Origin: Novakomyces olei
Lineage: Eukaryota
Direction: 5' to 3'
Assembly: GCA_016906335.1 (NCBI GenBank)
Contig: JADEYG010000012.1
Span: 434,001-498,000 of the forward strand
Length of the DNA: 64,000 nucleotides
The notes under the pieces: generated by a model
The model's database searches: none
What the model was told of the DNA's origin: nothing
What the model saw: the letters and a program-made list of their open reading frames with translations, nothing else
Shown here: positions 13,934 through 28,065 of the stretch, piece by piece
Layout of the letters: every line of letters starts with the position of its first letter
Position numbering within the stretch: position 1 is the first letter of the stretch
Translations under genes and position numbers: made by a program

Positions 13934-14585
13934 ATCTTCGAGACACAACAGGCAGGCAAATGCCGACAAAGCAGCCGCAATTAGCTACACAATTCAGTGT
14001 GTGCTTGTTGTTCATTCTTGTCTTTTGCCTGTCCATTTCCTTTTGAATCAAATCCGTTTATTTTGAATTTTGTTCTAAAGTCTTGTTCCCTCTTATCTCC
14101 GTTGCAGCGGCATAGTTCTCCCACTCTATTCACGGCTCTGTCGGACTGGGCTTGGTCTTGAAATTTTTTTACTTTTAGTTTACAGTTTACTTTTTATACT
14201 CCTTGTTTATTTAATTTATATTATATATTTTTGTTTTTCTGCTTTCAGTTTATAGTCTATCACGCGTCGTCCGATCACAGACTTCTTCCTCCCTACACTA
14301 TATTACTATTCGTGCTATTGTTACACATCTAATCATTACCAGCTGTTCACCGTGTGGGTTATGTGGGTGAACTGGGATGCGATAATGCAAAAACCATAAA
14401 TTAACAAATCGATAAAAAATTTACCGTCTCTGTATGCTTTCCATTGTTTGTTCACTGTACTGATTGTTTACGCGTTCAATCAGGCCCCAATTGTAGACTG
14501 AGCAAAGCGTATCAAATAATCATAAAACATGTAGAAGCAATTGACTTGGTAAATATCTGACTTTTGCGCATAGATTCGTGCCTAT

Positions 14586-15125
14586 TTATGCACAGGTATC
14601 GCACGGCTTCTCTGTATCTTTTGACGCTGAATTAACATTCGGCTTTTCAGCGCTCTCCGATTGTTTGTGTACGGGATTCCGGTCAGAATGGCCCAAAGAC
14701 CGGTCGGGGTCAATAATGTCACGCAGCAGCTGCTTAAGCTCTTTGGCTTCTGTCGCGAGAATTAGCATAGAGGTTGACATTTTGCATTGTATTGCGACGA
14801 AAAGATGAAATTCGGGGACAGCAAATTAGGCAAAACAACTCTTCTAGCAAACTTACCTGGGAACCGGCCTTGCTCCTTCCGATCCCATAAAGTAGTCAGC
14901 GTTTCACGGTGAGTAACTGCCACTACAAACTTGCCGCCACTTGCAGGCGCTAAAGAAACTTGTCCTAAATCCTGTCCAAAGGTGCTCAAGAGCTCTTGAG
15001 CGAACCATGCAGCACGCAGCATCCAACGGCACTTGCAATTAATACAAAGAAATCCAAGTATATCTTCTTACCTGCGTGCAGTACACGATCGTCACGCTTG
15101 GCTTTTGTGGGTCCACAAGTTCCAT
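14586..15125 (-). CDS. Rdx-family (SelW/SelT-like) CxxC protein; introns 15032-15071 and 14750-14856
   Basis: Spliced MELVDPQKPSVTIVYCTQCRWMLRAAWFAQELLSTF..LWDRKEQGRFPEAKELKQLLRDIIDPDRSLGHSD; Cys, not Sec. Confidence 0.92.
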
Positions 15126-15159
15126 AATGGACAATCTGGGGAAGTCGCTATTAATTTGA

Positions 15160-15371
<212 letters not shown>

Positions 15372-15490
15372 AATTATTAAAATTTATACCCGTATATTTA
15401 CATTTACAATTTTAGTAAGCAGTTGTGTAATTAATTCATGAATAATAAAATAAGCGTAGATCTGTCTTGGATACGTAATGCAACACGTCG

Positions 15491-17236
15491 CTACAACGAT
15501 CCTGTAAGGAAGCGGTTAAACATGTCCAAAGAGGACTCTGGCTGGTCATACGGGACCATATGTCCCGCACCAAATACTTGAAGGAACACCAGGTTGTTGG
15601 CCTGCTTAATATTGCCAGCGTGTTCACCATAAGTGGTATACCATTTGTGCACTTTAGCACGCTCATAATCACGGTGGCCATCCCACTCAAGTTGATCTGT
15701 CCAAGCCTGATTGCCGATCCAGTTGCAAATAAAGTCTGCGTCTCCAGCATAGATAAGCGTGGGCAGTCCATCATTCAACAGCTCTTGCACGTCTTTAACA
15801 AAGACACCCTTCATCCAGTCGCCCTGGAACAAAAAGTCACGGTTGATATTGAAGTTGCAGCTCTCATAAGTATCCACTTCAGCGCCCACTGCCTTGCGAA
15901 CCTCTGGTTTATTCAAATACTTTGCGATTGCACCAGTAATCGGGTAGCACAGGTTCTCCTCGTCCTGGCAGTCCTCGCGCACGTCATAGACATTACGGCC
16001 ACTGCGCTGGAACGGACCAATCATGGCATTGTTGCAGTAAAGTGCAGCAGGAACACAAGTCCAGACCGAATCAGACTCATAGCAGCTTTGAATAAGCGAA
16101 GCACAACGCGGGTAAGCATCGTCCATGGTCTGGCATTGATCCGGAGTCAAAACGGGCTCATAAGTGTTATTACAAGCCATAGCAGAATAGTACTTGTACT
16201 GCACGAGCGGGTCAGTCAGCCCGTTCCCGATCAGGACGCTCTTTAGAGAGAATTTTGGTTTAGCAGAGGATGCCAAAGCAGCCGGGTAAAACTCTGTGCT
16301 CTTGCCCTCAGTATGGTCGCGAATCTCTTTGGCAAACTGGGGAATATAATGGCCTGCGTACGATTCACCAGCAATGCTAAAGTCAAGCTTAGCATACTGT
16401 GGGAAGTGCTGGAAGAACAGGTCAAGGAAGGCATAAACGTCTTTGCCAGCGGCGATTGTGTTTGAGACTCCATCGTCGCCATAGCTGTAGCCCACACCGA
16501 CTGGCTGGTCCAAAAAGATGACGGTAGCATTACTGTTCCAGCTGTACTTGTTGTACACTGGCCGCTGTCCGTCAAGAGTCACGCTGGACGGTCCGAGCTC
16601 CATGAAAAGGCCCGTTAGGGAAGAGCAGCCGGGTCCGCCATTGAGCCATAGAACGACGGGATCCTTGGACGGATCGTTGCGGGATTCAAACGCCCAGTAA
16701 AAAAAATGCTTCCCGTCAGAGACGTCCAAATACCCAGAGTACTGCTTGACTCTGTCGATGCCGAGAGCATCGGGCGATTTAACGCGCAATTGATGCTCCG
16801 GGTGGAACTCGCTCTTGACCACTGCCGACCATTCATCGTCGTCCAATTTATGTATCTTTTTCTTGTCCGCTCTGCCGTCGGCCTTTGCCTTTCCAGTACT
16901 GCCGCCCAGAGCTGCACCCTCACTCGCCAGACCAGCGACCTGCTCTAAAAGCCAATGCTTTTCGGACGCGGGCCAACTACGCAGGGAGGACGACAAGCTG
17001 GCAATCTTGGCCTGCATTTCATCCAAAACTCGGTGGCGGCCAGTTGCGACCTGTCCGTACACTGCAGAAAGCATATCGCGTACGCTTTCGCCCACTGCCG
17101 CTGGAGCACCGCCCAACGGCATTTGTCCATTTGCCTCGGACGGATACATTTGCTCTGACGGGTCTTGTTTCGCAGAAACGCTGGCCGCTGCGGAAGCCGC
17201 TGCTGCCAGCAGAGCAATCTGCTTGTGGAACAACAT
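15491..17236 (-). CDS. PRC1: Carboxypeptidase Y (serine carboxypeptidase S10)
   Basis: Signal peptide and propeptide; [30 protein letters not shown]. Confidence 0.96.
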   Translation of the reverse strand: MLFHKQIALLAAAASAAASVSAKQDPSEQMYPSEANGQMPLGGAPAAVGESVRDMLSAVYGQVATGRHRVLDEMQAKIASLSSSLRSWPASEKHWLLEQVAGLASEGAALGGSTGKAKADGRADKKKIHKLDDDEWSAVVKSEFHPEHQLRVKSPDALGIDRVKQYSGYLDVSDGKHFFYWAFESRNDPSKDPVVLWLNGGPGCSSLTGLFMELGPSSVTLDGQRPVYNKYSWNSNATVIFLDQPVGVGYSYGDDGVSNTIAAGKDVYAFLDLFFQHFPQYAKLDFSIAGESYAGHYIPQFAKEIRDHTEGKSTEFYPAALASSAKPKFSLKSVLIGNGLTDPLVQYKYYSAMACNNTYEPVLTPDQCQTMDDAYPRCASLIQSCYESDSVWTCVPAALYCNNAMIGPFQRSGRNVYDVREDCQDEENLCYPITGAIAKYLNKPEVRKAVGAEVDTYESCNFNINRDFLFQGDWMKGVFVKDVQELLNDGLPTLIYAGDADFICNWIGNQAWTDQLEWDGHRDYERAKVHKWYTTYGEHAGNIKQANNLVFLQVFGAGHMVPYDQPESSLDMFNRFLTGSL

Positions 17237-17678
17237 AGCACTTTGTCCGGACGCTAATTTAGAGTAAAATCAAAGATTCAAAAACGGACTCTTTGTCTTC
17301 TCTCGCAGTCTCGATGACGACTTTATGCGATTTTGATTGATTGCGCGGCCCAGCGCCGCATTCGGTTGGCGTCAGGGTTTTCTTCCCCGCGTGATTATCT
17401 GATAAGAGGCTCAAACGATACTTACTCTTAGATAGAATTACGTTGTGTTACTTGTAAGGATGTGTATTCGAACTCAACGGATCAACGTTAGCATTACCTT
17501 GCAAGTGATTACTTATCAAATAATTACTCGGCGCTTTGTTGCTACTTTTAATTTACAGTATTGTACGCAAAGATATTTGATTGGTATAATTGGGTTCGTA
17601 TTTGGTTGTTAATATTCACGATTGTCAATTAATTATGTTGAATAATGAATAATTAAATAAATAAATGAATAAATGAAA

Positions 17679-17710
17679 TAATTAATTAATTAATTAATTA
17701 ATTAATTAAT
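17679..17710. repeat. (TAAT)n short microsatellite
   Basis: About 8 copies. Confidence 0.85.
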
Positions 17711-18373
17711 GTACTTGCAGAAAGAGTACGAGTATAAAACATTTATAATAAATTGAACGTATCGACGCGTTGTTTGTTTTTTTCCCGCTGAATAGGAGAA
17801 TAGTGGCTACGTCGATGAGAATTGAAATTGTTGATTCAGATTGATTATAATTATAGAAATACTTTGAATTTAGTATTGAATTATACAAGCTATTGGCTGT
17901 GCATACTATTTAAGGGCTGGCATATACAAGTTCATCCCGTTGTACAATAATTTATCATATCTTGAATGAGGATTTTCCACCTCAAGACGATGTTGAGGTC
18001 TCGCGACCTGCTAAAGACACGTACAGAGTTCGTTATACTGTGCTATGCAATACGGAGTACCCGCATAAAGTTATATTACAGACGATTATAACACGGGCTG
18101 TCAAGCTGATTAATAAAACAATGCCACGGATATTTCGAAATTCGAATGATACCGAATACCAAATGGATATTACCAAATGCCGCTCGCTATTAACTTCGAG
18201 GCCGTAAAATTTGATCACCCTCACGTTCGACCCAAATTTCAAGTAAATAGTAGGCAGAAACATCGACTCAACCTTGTCATCGACCGCCGATATTGCCCTT
18301 GTGCGAATACCCAGAATTGCCCACTAGAATCAAGATAAGAGTGCACAAAAACTTGGCCAGTCAAATGTGTGTT

Positions 18374-19156
18374 TTAATCTGCCCAGACAAGTTGCAGCTC
18401 AACCTGAAGCAATCGACCTGTAAAATGTTTAGCAAAGCGGCTGCGTAATACAAAGCCAATACCATCCGCCATTACATTATGCAGCTGACTACACGTCGTA
18501 CGTGCTCCATCTGCCGTCGAAAATTGTACTTTTGCATCAAGCGACTGCGCTAATACAGTCGGAAAAAGGCGTATTCTGCGGACTTTTCCATAGGGTGCGA
18601 CTACTGTCTAGGCCGTGTCAGTTACAGGTAGAGTACGATCAAAAAGCCTTACCCGAATATCGTCTGAAGATGTTCCCGGAGCAAGGTTTTTTAGTAATAC
18701 AACTGTCGCGTCTGATATGCCCTTGATCGATAGTCCTTTAGCTGACGCGCTGTCTATCGCTGCTATACCCGTTTTCTTGTTATTTGCGCGCTCGCCTTGA
18801 CTGATACCATTCTTCGCGTTTGAGTTGGCTTTTTGAAGCCGCGCTGCTAAAGACGCGCCTGGACTGCTTTTTGATGTCGCGTCAGGATGTAGAAGCTGAG
18901 CGAGCCGATTGCCTTTATTTGATTTGCTGCCGCTGCCCTGTTTGTCCTCGCTAAAAAGATCATGAGTCCATTGACCCTTCGCAGACGACTATTTTGATTA
19001 AGCGCGAGCCCATAAAAGACAGATTCACATACACTTTTTGTTACGCCGTTAGATGGACGCTTTTTTTCGTGGCGTTTGCCTGTCGAAACAGTTCAGCTCA
19101 GACTCTGCAGTTCAAATAAGATTACCATGAAATTTATTCTGGCCGTGAGCAACCAT
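18374..19156 (-). CDS. Five-exon fungal RRM protein, absent from the ORF track; introns 19080-19125, 18989-19032, 18608-18652, 18418-18462
   Basis: All four GT-AG introns are phase-consistent. Product MVAHGQ..GQWTHDLF..GASLAARL..LSIKG..VVLLKNLAPGTSSDDI..AKVQF..LHNVMADGRLLQVEL (RRM-like C-terminus). Confidence 0.85.
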
Positions 19157-19726
19157 CAACGTGGTTTGCCAAGAGAAAGTATATTTTTTTTTGATTTAGC
19201 AGCGAGGCCTTATCAAGCGGTATATATTTATTTATTGTACAGCCGAATTTTGGCCAATGCTCATCGATTACAGGCGCAGTAGAATAATAAATATGAGCCA
19301 TATTATCTGCGTCTAAAAGTTATATGGAAAAGCCCATTGACCCTAACCCTGGAGATTATAGTGCTAGGCTTTCATGTGCTCGGTCACTAAAGCCAGACGA
19401 CGCGCTAATGATCGATCCTACGCTCAGACAATATCCAATGTTCAAATTACGCGCTTTCTGCTATTCTTACGTCCAATCAGCAATTACTTGAATTGCCTCA
19501 AGAGAGACTCGAGGAACCGCAGCATTTACACATGTGACGATTTCTTGATTGGGTGCGAAAAAGCGCCTCTCGTGCCGCAAAATATGGCCCAATATTTGCC
19601 TCATTCGCCCCAAGGTCACTCCAATATTCAGAGCCATATTAAATCATACAGTATCCAAAGGGCTTTTGATTTCAGTCATTAAAAGTAACGCGAAAAAGGA
19701 AACAAGGCAGATTGATTTGTTCTCAA

Positions 19727-20925
19727 TGGCGACCTCTAAGAGAAATACGGCAAACCTTATCCCATCTGCCAGTAAAAATGGCACAGATTGCACAAATGGC
19801 TCAAATGGCACCGACAATGTTCTGTCAGATCAAAGTCTTTCCCGAGAATTATTACCTTTGCCTGAACATCCAGTCGAGAATTCTGGGGCTCCGTTTCATT
19901 TGCAGGGGACCAAAAATGCTTCCTGCTCTTTGCCGCACAAGGACCTCAATCTGACTAATCCCTTTGTCGATGGAAATAAGCACGCTAACGGACCTGAGAC
20001 AAAAGGCAATTTGGCAACTGAAAAGGCAAAGCCGTCAGCTGAAGGATCATCATCTGAAGGGAAGGCTACTGAGCTTAGGGAAGGGCAATCTCTCCCTTCT
20101 GCCCCAGCATTAAAGCCTCAGCCACTTTTGCTCGTGGAAGCAGCACCCTCTCCACTAGAACAATTGCGCAATCGACAAAGGCAACTGAACAATCGCAAAG
20201 TGTCTTTGGCTTTTGAGCATTTGGATGGCGATGGAGAGCTTGCTATTTTTGTGCCTCGCAGGCAGCAAAGCTGCTATTCTTCCACCATTGTTATGCTCTC
20301 TGACATGCTCGATGGAATTGCCCTCGGATCAGATCAGATTCAGGCTAAGCGTGACAGGGTACAGCTTAGGCTGCGTGAGTTTAGACGTTCTATTTCCAAT
20401 AGTTCTGTGGTCCGTCGTTCACGTTGCCGCATTGGGTCTCGCTGGCAAAGGTCCCGTAGTGGCTTTTCTACCGCTGTTGCAAATGATGCCAATTTGACTG
20501 CTTCCAGGGCTACAGCTTTCCCTGCACGGGAGGCCGACAGTATTACAAATTATATTCGGCCTCGAAAGTCAAAATTAATGGCAAAAAACTGCGTTAATGG
20601 TCTATGGCAGTTGCGGAGACGCGACGGCCCTGTGATCCGGAAGCCAAGAGATCTTTCTAGTATGCTACGTAAGATATTGAGGTTGGATCTTGGAGGGATA
20701 AAGCAACTTGCACACCGTTGGCAATCTTCTGCAGCTGTTCAATCTGAGAGCGAGAGCCAACACCACAAAGTCGATGATAATGAGACCTCTTGTACGCCTG
20801 ATGAAGAGTGTCGCGTTTTGTCGCCGCGACCTATGAGTTTTGTTCCTAGTAGCAATTTCAAACGCAGTACTACTGGATTGAATTTGGGTGTTGTGCCATT
20901 GCGTCGTCAGCCGAGTGGATTTTAG
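19727..20925 (+). CDS. Hypothetical protein (~399 aa from MATSKR), low complexity with Arg-rich C-terminal half
   Basis: Long uninterrupted ORF followed by a T-rich 3' region; no recognised domain. Confidence 0.65.
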
Positions 20926-21501
20926 TTGGGTTCCTCTCAATTCTTTTACGTTTATAAACGTATGTGGTTTTATACAGTGGCTTTCAATTGATTTCTCTTT
21001 TTTTTTATATACAATTTATTTATTATGAGTTACACTGTTCTTTAATCGTTGTTTGGTCTGTTCTCGGTTCAGATCCCTTTATTCAGTACAACTCTAATTC
21101 ACTGTTCCATTTCCTGTACTGGAGAAAGCACTAGTCGCTTTGTTATTAATGCCATCTCTCCAATTAATAATCAACTGACTGTTCGCTCTCATGAAATGTC
21201 GTTTCCCCGCAGAGCATTGCCGTAGTTTTTGACTTTAGACGTAATAATAATAGATTGAATCGACGGAAAATACGTAGGTTTGGAATAAAAATGTGAAGAA
21301 ATATGAAATCAATTTACCAAAATTATAGTACACTTGAGGATTCAGATTGTTCAATAATATTTAATGTTCGCAGTATTGGCAAAATTGAACTGTAAAATAA
21401 CATTAAATAATAATTTCACGTACAAACAAACGAGAAATTAATGCTTTATATACAGAGAAAATAAATGATTTAATATGGAGCAAAATTAAACTTACGTTGT
21501 A

Positions 21502-21782
21502 ATGGCCGACGATACTTCTAGTGAGATTCCAATACGGATACACACGCCGGCGTCCCGCCAATCGCAGAGTAAAGCAGATGAAAATGAAGACCATTGGGAT
21601 GTAGCCGTTCAGCGAAGTGGATGTGCTGCAGAAAATGAAAGCATGCTGAGCTGTTTCTACGATAAACGGGATTGGCGCCAGTGTAAGGCCGAGGTATCAA
21701 AGTTTTAATGCTTTTAGCATCGTTTACTGACCTGAATAAGGTGGAGGCTTTTCGAGCGTGTTGGAAAAAGACTCATGGTTGA
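21502..21782 (+). CDS. COA4: Twin-CX9C cytochrome c oxidase assembly factor Coa4; intron 21694-21740
   Basis: DHWDVAVQRSGCAAENESMLSCFYDKRDWRQCKAE|VEAFRACWKK. Confidence 0.88.
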
Positions 21783-24675
21783 AGCGAAACATCCCTGTTT
21801 CGTTCCAGCGGCTTTTTGAGCTAGAAGACATAAGACAAAAAGCATGGAAAGCAGATAAAGGTGGCAAGGATGTAAAATATTCAATATAGCAAATGTAACA
21901 TCAGCCATCTTCCAGCTAATCGGGGATGTTGAGGGTATAAATAATCAATCTTTAGAGTAAAGGCCGTAATGTACGAGTTTGACGCTATAAACGATCACAC
22001 AAGAAACCAAATTTTACTAATATTCATATTTATGTTGTTGAGAATGGGATTGAGTGATCAAAGCTTATCGTGACCTGCAATAGACATGTTGTATGTAGGC
22101 TTCCTCCTTTCATAAGAATTCGATCTGGATATTGTTAATGCTACACGAACTGATGGCAAATACTTGCATTATCTAGATAACGAAATGGAGGCGTAGTCTT
22201 ATCACCGTCTTATTCGCTATATATGTATTTAACTGATTGATGCAGATAGCCAATGTGCCAAACGTTGCGTGTTTTCCGCGCTCACGCATTCATTCAGCCA
22301 TCAACTCAGCCTTCCATCAAATATCGGTTCGTATTCAAATATCGTTGGCCATATCTTATAATATAGGCATAGTAGTCGACTCCAACTACCCCGCTCTACT
22401 CCAAATTTCTGCAACTGTTTCAACCAGAGTCAAACCGGCATCCCACTACGACGAACGTTATTAGAATCTTCTTACAAAGCTGTCTGAACCTTTAGCAAGC
22501 AGGATCTTTCAAAAAGACCTTGGCTAACCAATCCATTCTAAATACATCTTTAAAACAACATTTTAGCGTCAATACTACTATGCAAGGCAACATCAAATTA
22601 CCTGAGGTTGTTGCCAAGCAAAGATAGCTAGCGGCACTAGATTGTAATTACTTCCACCTAATCTATTACTTTGTTTTGCCAATCATCAGCTTTCTTGGAA
22701 TGAAATTGCAAATCGGAAAACTCGGGCCGAGCGGCATTTGAGCGGGATCTTTCGATCGCAAAACGCATTTCCTTTACCAGTCCCAGATACTTACGAAAAC
22801 ATTTTCTCATTATTTACTTCGCTATTTTCCTTTTGTATATACAATGAACCAATATTATTTCTCTTCCCGATTTAAGAGACGATAGGTGAGCCACGTTGTA
22901 TCCCAATCCAGCAGACCCATCCTGGAACCTCGGGATAAGCGCAGAAGACGCAAGGGTAAAACACATATTTCTAAACGAAATGTCGCTTTGAATACTTGCG
23001 CAACCCCTTAAAAACGAGGTTGTTATTGACGAGACTTTTAATCATTTGTATTTCGCGTTCAAATCAACTATAATAGTGCTGTCTATTTTACTATTTCATT
23101 AGTATAGACACAATTAGGCATTTGAAAGAGAGGAATTAAGTCACGCAAATTATAATGTAGTATTATTAATCTTTACGGTAAATTCTAATCGTGTAATCAA
23201 TTCTCTCACCCGATTATTTTGTTAGGGCCTGACGACACGGGGAAAGACATGTGATTGGCTGATGCTTTGTACAACCCCGGGGCCTTCTGCCCTACATGCC
23301 GAATCCCAATTTGTTGTAAAGTAACAAAATAAATTTTATGTTTTTGATTTGTTAAAGGTACAATTGTGCAATATAAAATAGGATGGAAAAAACGAAAACA
23401 TACATACAGGACGACTGTACGAATCAGAATGTTGGCCAACATTAAAGACAGCATTTTATGAAAGCGGCCCCCAGATAATATTAGTCATTTATGAAGCGTA
23501 CACATGTACCTTATTTTCCAATTTTTATTATATACTAATTTCATCCCGCGCTTATCCGCAACATAGAAGGGCTCTGCATCAATGTAAATGTCCAAGGAAG
23601 GTCGGAAAGAACCTTGTCCGACCCGGATTATCAGCTTGGCTATCTCGGCCCGGTCTTCATTCTCGCTGCCTACTAATACTCTAGCTTAGCAACCTATTAC
23701 TCAATACAGAGCTAATGACTAAAGCTTTGCCGTAAAGGTAACATCTTCTAGCGATTACCAGAACAATGGAGAAGTGAGCGGCGCACACATGTTAATATTC
23801 GAATAAAAATCTATGTAATAATACCCAACGAACAAAGGAGAATATTGAAGAAATGGGGTTAAAACGGCAAAAGTAGGCGTTTTCCAACATAAAGTACACC
23901 GAACATGATCTCAAAGTAATAGATTGCCTCAAACATAATACCAAAAATATTAGTTTTCGTTTTCGATCCAGTAATACACTCAGTCAATCGTCCAACTTCC
24001 CAAAGTGATTATTAGTGTACCGTTCGTAAGCATCCGGCCCAAAGTTTTACGCAGAAATTCCACGCCCTTCAAGACCCGTAGATCACTATATATTTGTACC
24101 TGTTGGACGTATGAAAATCGTGCCCCTCCTATGACCCTGTTTCACTATATTCTATCATTGTCTTTTAGAATTACTATAATTCCTGTTGCACGAGGCTGCC
24201 TCTGACAAAACAGAGCATCGGCAAGTGCGTACATCTATTGCTGCTGTCTTTTAAACTGGCATTGTTACGCTAGTCGTCGGGTCGATTTTAATCAGTTTTG
24301 TGTTTGCCTCTTTACTGCTCTTTGCCTGGCCTGATTTATTCTGCAACGTCTTTGATACTAGTCGCTTTTCCACGACTCTAATCATCAATCAGTATTTACC
24401 TTTTACTAGTGGCCATATTCCAACTCTTTTCCACTCATCCTGTGTGATATCCCTCTGAATTTCTGTCATTCTATTCGTCACTTGACTCGCATACACTATT
24501 ATCTGCTCTTAAACTTGCGCTGCACGTTTGAACTCGTGATTCTAAACCCTCGGCATTTACACAAACGAGTCGTTTGTGGCTTCGAGAGCTTTGTTTGAAA
24601 GCTTCAAGACTTTATATTTATCAGACTCTCCCATTTAGATCCTCAGCCTGACTGCTCAGATCTTGGAGCTGCGAG

Positions 24676-25952
24676 ATGTCCAAACTGTTTGTAGGCGGAC
24701 TAGCATGGTCCACTAACGACGAGGTTCTGCGCAGCGGGTTTGAACAGTACGGCTCTGTTCTGGATGCTGTCGTTATTCGTGATCGGGACTCTGGTCGTTC
24801 GCGCGGATTTGGATTCGTTACTTTTGCCACCAATGAAGCAGCAGAAACCGCAATAGCTTCTCTCGACAGCCAAGTGTACGTGCCTTGAACTCTCAGATAT
24901 TTAGTCTTTCATTCTCGCCTTTTATGAACAATTTTTTAATGAGCAATTTTGCCTTTTCCCCTGCTCTGTTTGAGAGGGGTTTCTTGTTATCAGCTCCTTC
25001 TGCAAATTGCTGACGGCAATTGTTTATTGTTCAATAATGACCCTGCAAACAGCGTTTTACTAATAAAAATGTAGATTCGATGGCCGAACTATACGAGTTG
25101 ATCGGGCTGCACACAAGGACAACGTTGCCGGCCAGCCAAATACCCGTGCCCCCTACCAGCGCAGCGATTCAATGGCGAGCGCCGGTGGGAGTATTGCCAG
25201 TCCTTCTGGCGACTCGGAGTTTACGTACGTTGATACTCCGAATGCTTACGGAATGCCTTCTGCATTTATACGGCCTAGCATGAATGGTAAGGCTTTGAAA
25301 GATCAACTAAAAGGAGGAAACACGATAGAATTAAAAAAAAAACAAAAAAAAAAAAAAAAAGAAAAAATAAAATTGTCAAGAAAACGAATATATCGGCATC
25401 AAAAGCTTACAATTAGGTCAAAAAGATGTTTACCAATCACCACAAAATTACGTATTATACCCCGTACCCGTGCCGATGGCATATCCCGCTGACATGTCGG
25501 GATCTCCAGCGGCAGCGATGTTGTACTCGCCACCTGCAGCTCAGTCTTTATCTCCGGGATTCCCTTCGCCTTATTTTCCTCAGCAAACTCCGCCTCCTCA
25601 AGCTCAGCAGCAGCAGGCTCAAAACTCAACCCAAATACCAGCGCATCAGCAGCAGAGCCATCAACAAATACCGCCTTATGGGCCATACGCCAAGATGGCG
25701 TACCCACCATACGCTCATAACCCTGCTCAGCATCAGTCTTACCCTACCATTGGAGGAGCATACCCTAACCCGTATTACCCTGTCCCTGCTTCAGCCATTT
25801 CTGGACTGCCACACGGGGCCATGATGGCACAGATGCCTGTACAGTTTCCTGCGCCTCAACCTTCTCCAAACGGGTCTGATGGAGCGATGATTATTAACGC
25901 TCCATCAGAGTCGGGAGGAAATTTGTCTTCCACAAATTCTCCCTGCTCGTGA
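24676..25952 (+). CDS. RRM protein (GRP/CIRBP-type RRM) with Pro/Gln/Tyr-rich tail; introns 24876-25074 and 25287-25416
   Basis: RNP2 KLFVGGL, RNP1 RGFGFVTF, spliced FDGRTIRVDRA. Confidence 0.9.
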
Positions 25953-27336
25953 TATTGCTGATAACGGTGCCCAAAGACACGAAGAGTGTCTGAGGCTTGC
26001 GGGGTTGTTTTGGTTTTAATTTTTATTCAATTTGATTTCTGCTTAATTGTACAATTTAATCTCAAGTTTGCGTTAATTGATCTGAACATGGTTTATTGAA
26101 TGTTTGTTTTTTTCTTTTTTTGCTCTTTTCGAATTTGCCTGATCTCGCTGAATTTCTGCTGAATTTTTGCTTTTGTTTCAAATTTCAATTCCCGTTGAAG
26201 AAAACTTTTTGTAAGATTAATCATTATCTTGCTGTTTTCATTTATAGCTGATCCAGCTTTATACATTTTTTAAACCAATTATATCCCAATTTGACGAGTT
26301 TTTGGGAATTTGTTTTCCTTTTACTTTGTTGTTTGGCCGGATACCCCTTGGACATTGTGTGGACGGGTGATGGAAAGCGAAAATAATCTGCATACCCTAT
26401 GGGACAGATACTCAAAAGTGTCGTTTTCAAATTAATCTTGTTTTATTAAATGATTCCCAGAGTTGAGCATCAGAATTGTTGTCTCGACCTTTTGAATTGA
26501 AGCAGAAAAAAGGAGCTCCTTCAAGTATGTAGCTGTTATGGCTCAAATCTGGATTTGCGCCACATAGTAAGCTTTTGTTTTCTTTGTGCAATTGCGCATA
26601 ATACCTACCTATCCTCCTGTAGTTTTCCGCCGTTGAAATATGTACATATTCCTCCTAGAGATCAGTCCCTGATTTGAATCTTTCTGCAAGCAAGAGTCGA
26701 ACCTTCTGAATATACAGTGTCTGTTCGTTTCCGAAAAAATCGTTATAAAATATTAATATGATTAAATAGTTTTGAAATATCATAATTGTAATTCTAGTTT
26801 ATTTCTATATTCTTTGATACTCTGCCCCGCTAAAAATAAGAAATAAAAACGACTTTGCTATCGCTTTCCATGTATTTATTATATTATATTATATTATAAA
26901 CAAATAATAGTTGCCAAATATCTATATTGTTTTTTTGGTTAATTTAATGCTATAACATTTAGTCAAGGCAAATGCTAATTCTAACGAGGTAATAATAGCA
27001 GGTATATATAGTACTATTATTGATATAGACCTCTATAGATTAAAAATAAAAATGAAGAGCATGCAATTTGAGTGAGTAAAGTGTAGTTTAAAGCTCAACA
27101 AATTTGATCGTAAAACCAAACAAAGCAATTATGAAGAAAAAAGTCTGAGAATAGGCAAAGAAATATCTATAAAAGAAAAGATTTAATAGTCACCAATTGC
27201 CAACGCCCCTTCCTCCTTGGTATATGGCAAACCAATATTTTATCTTGCTAATTCAAAAAAATAAATATATAAAAAAAAAACATAAAATATATATATATAT
27301 ATATCAAAATAACCAGTCCACGCTCCCGAATTTGAT

Positions 27337-28065
27337 CTAATCTAACTGCCTCTCTTCTGTTTTCTCTGGATCATATTTCCGAGATAATGCTTCAAGTGTC
27401 CAAACATGCTGATCCTGTGCATCAGGGCAAAGGTGTCTCATTGCCTTTGCCATTCCATAGATGTAATCCTTGTTTGGCCCAGAAGGGCCCTGACAGGTAA
27501 CAATGTACCGGGCAAGTTCATCCAGAGAGCGAGGTGGCCCGACAAAAGCCTCGTTATCCGGTGTGCCAATGTACACAATTGCATCTTTGCATACGATATC
27601 CATATTCCTTGCCTCCCCTGAACCGCCCCCACTCATGTGCTTGTGTGGGTCGTGTGGCCCCCACACTAATTCACGGTGTACGGTATAGCCGTTGATCTCT
27701 CTTAAATCCAATTCCTCCCGGACCGCCTTTGCGTACTCTGGGTCAATTCGATAGGCCATTCCCCAAACAGGCTCTTCGGCTGCCTCGCTGCTTTCGTCAT
27801 TGGGCATTTGACGGCAGCACTCTTTAAATTGCTCACGCGTGAGCAGAGTCACGACCCGGCCCGGCCGCTCTGGGACCCCGCGATGATCAATACTGGACTG
27901 CCAAAACCGCCGGACATAGCCTTTAATATATCCAGGCCGTGCTTCAACCACGTGCGCTGGCGCTTTCCAGATCAGACTGCCATACCCAAACAGCCAAAAA
28001 TGCTCATTGTCTATATCCTCTAACCCTTCTCTCGGCCGCACATCGACCTGATCGCCAACGGTCAT
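27337..28065 (-). CDS. GCG1: ChaC-family glutathione-specific gamma-glutamylcyclotransferase
   Basis: WLFGYGSLIWK, RRFWQSSIDHRGVPERPGRVVTL, LDLREINGY, GPSGPNKDY. Confidence 0.95.
   Translation of the reverse strand: MTVGDQVDVRPREGLEDIDNEHFWLFGYGSLIWKAPAHVVEARPGYIKGYVRRFWQSSIDHRGVPERPGRVVTLLTREQFKECCRQMPNDESSEAAEEPVWGMAYRIDPEYAKAVREELDLREINGYTVHRELVWGPHDPHKHMSGGGSGEARNMDIVCKDAIVYIGTPDNEAFVGPPRSLDELARYIVTCQGPSGPNKDYIYGMAKAMRHLCPDAQDQHVWTLEALSRKYDPEKTEERQLD

Noticed and set aside
15020..15085. Possible selenoprotein (SelW-like)
   Set aside because: The motif is CTQC with TGC codons; there is no in-frame TGA
15560..16246. 228-aa ORF antisense to CPY, and similar shadow ORFs over RAD26, eIF3c, GGT and GPM1
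   Set aside because: Expected from codon bias on the opposite strand; no recognisable motifs
17455..17480. GTTCGAAT B-box-like motif on the minus strand as a tRNA
   Set aside because: No cloverleaf or A-box
17962..18207. 81-aa ORF between CPY and the RRM gene
   Set aside because: TTG start, no motif, no coherent splice model
23229..23246. CTGACGA..GAAA as a hammerhead ribozyme core
   Set aside because: No stem II or flanking helices can be formed
23312..23563. TGTTG..CAACA 252-bp segment as a further solo LTR
   Set aside because: No TSD (CAATT/TAGAA) and no convincing internal similarity to the other LTRs
24390..24412. CCTTTTACTAG resembling U5 snRNA loop I
   Set aside because: The invariant G and the closing stem are missing
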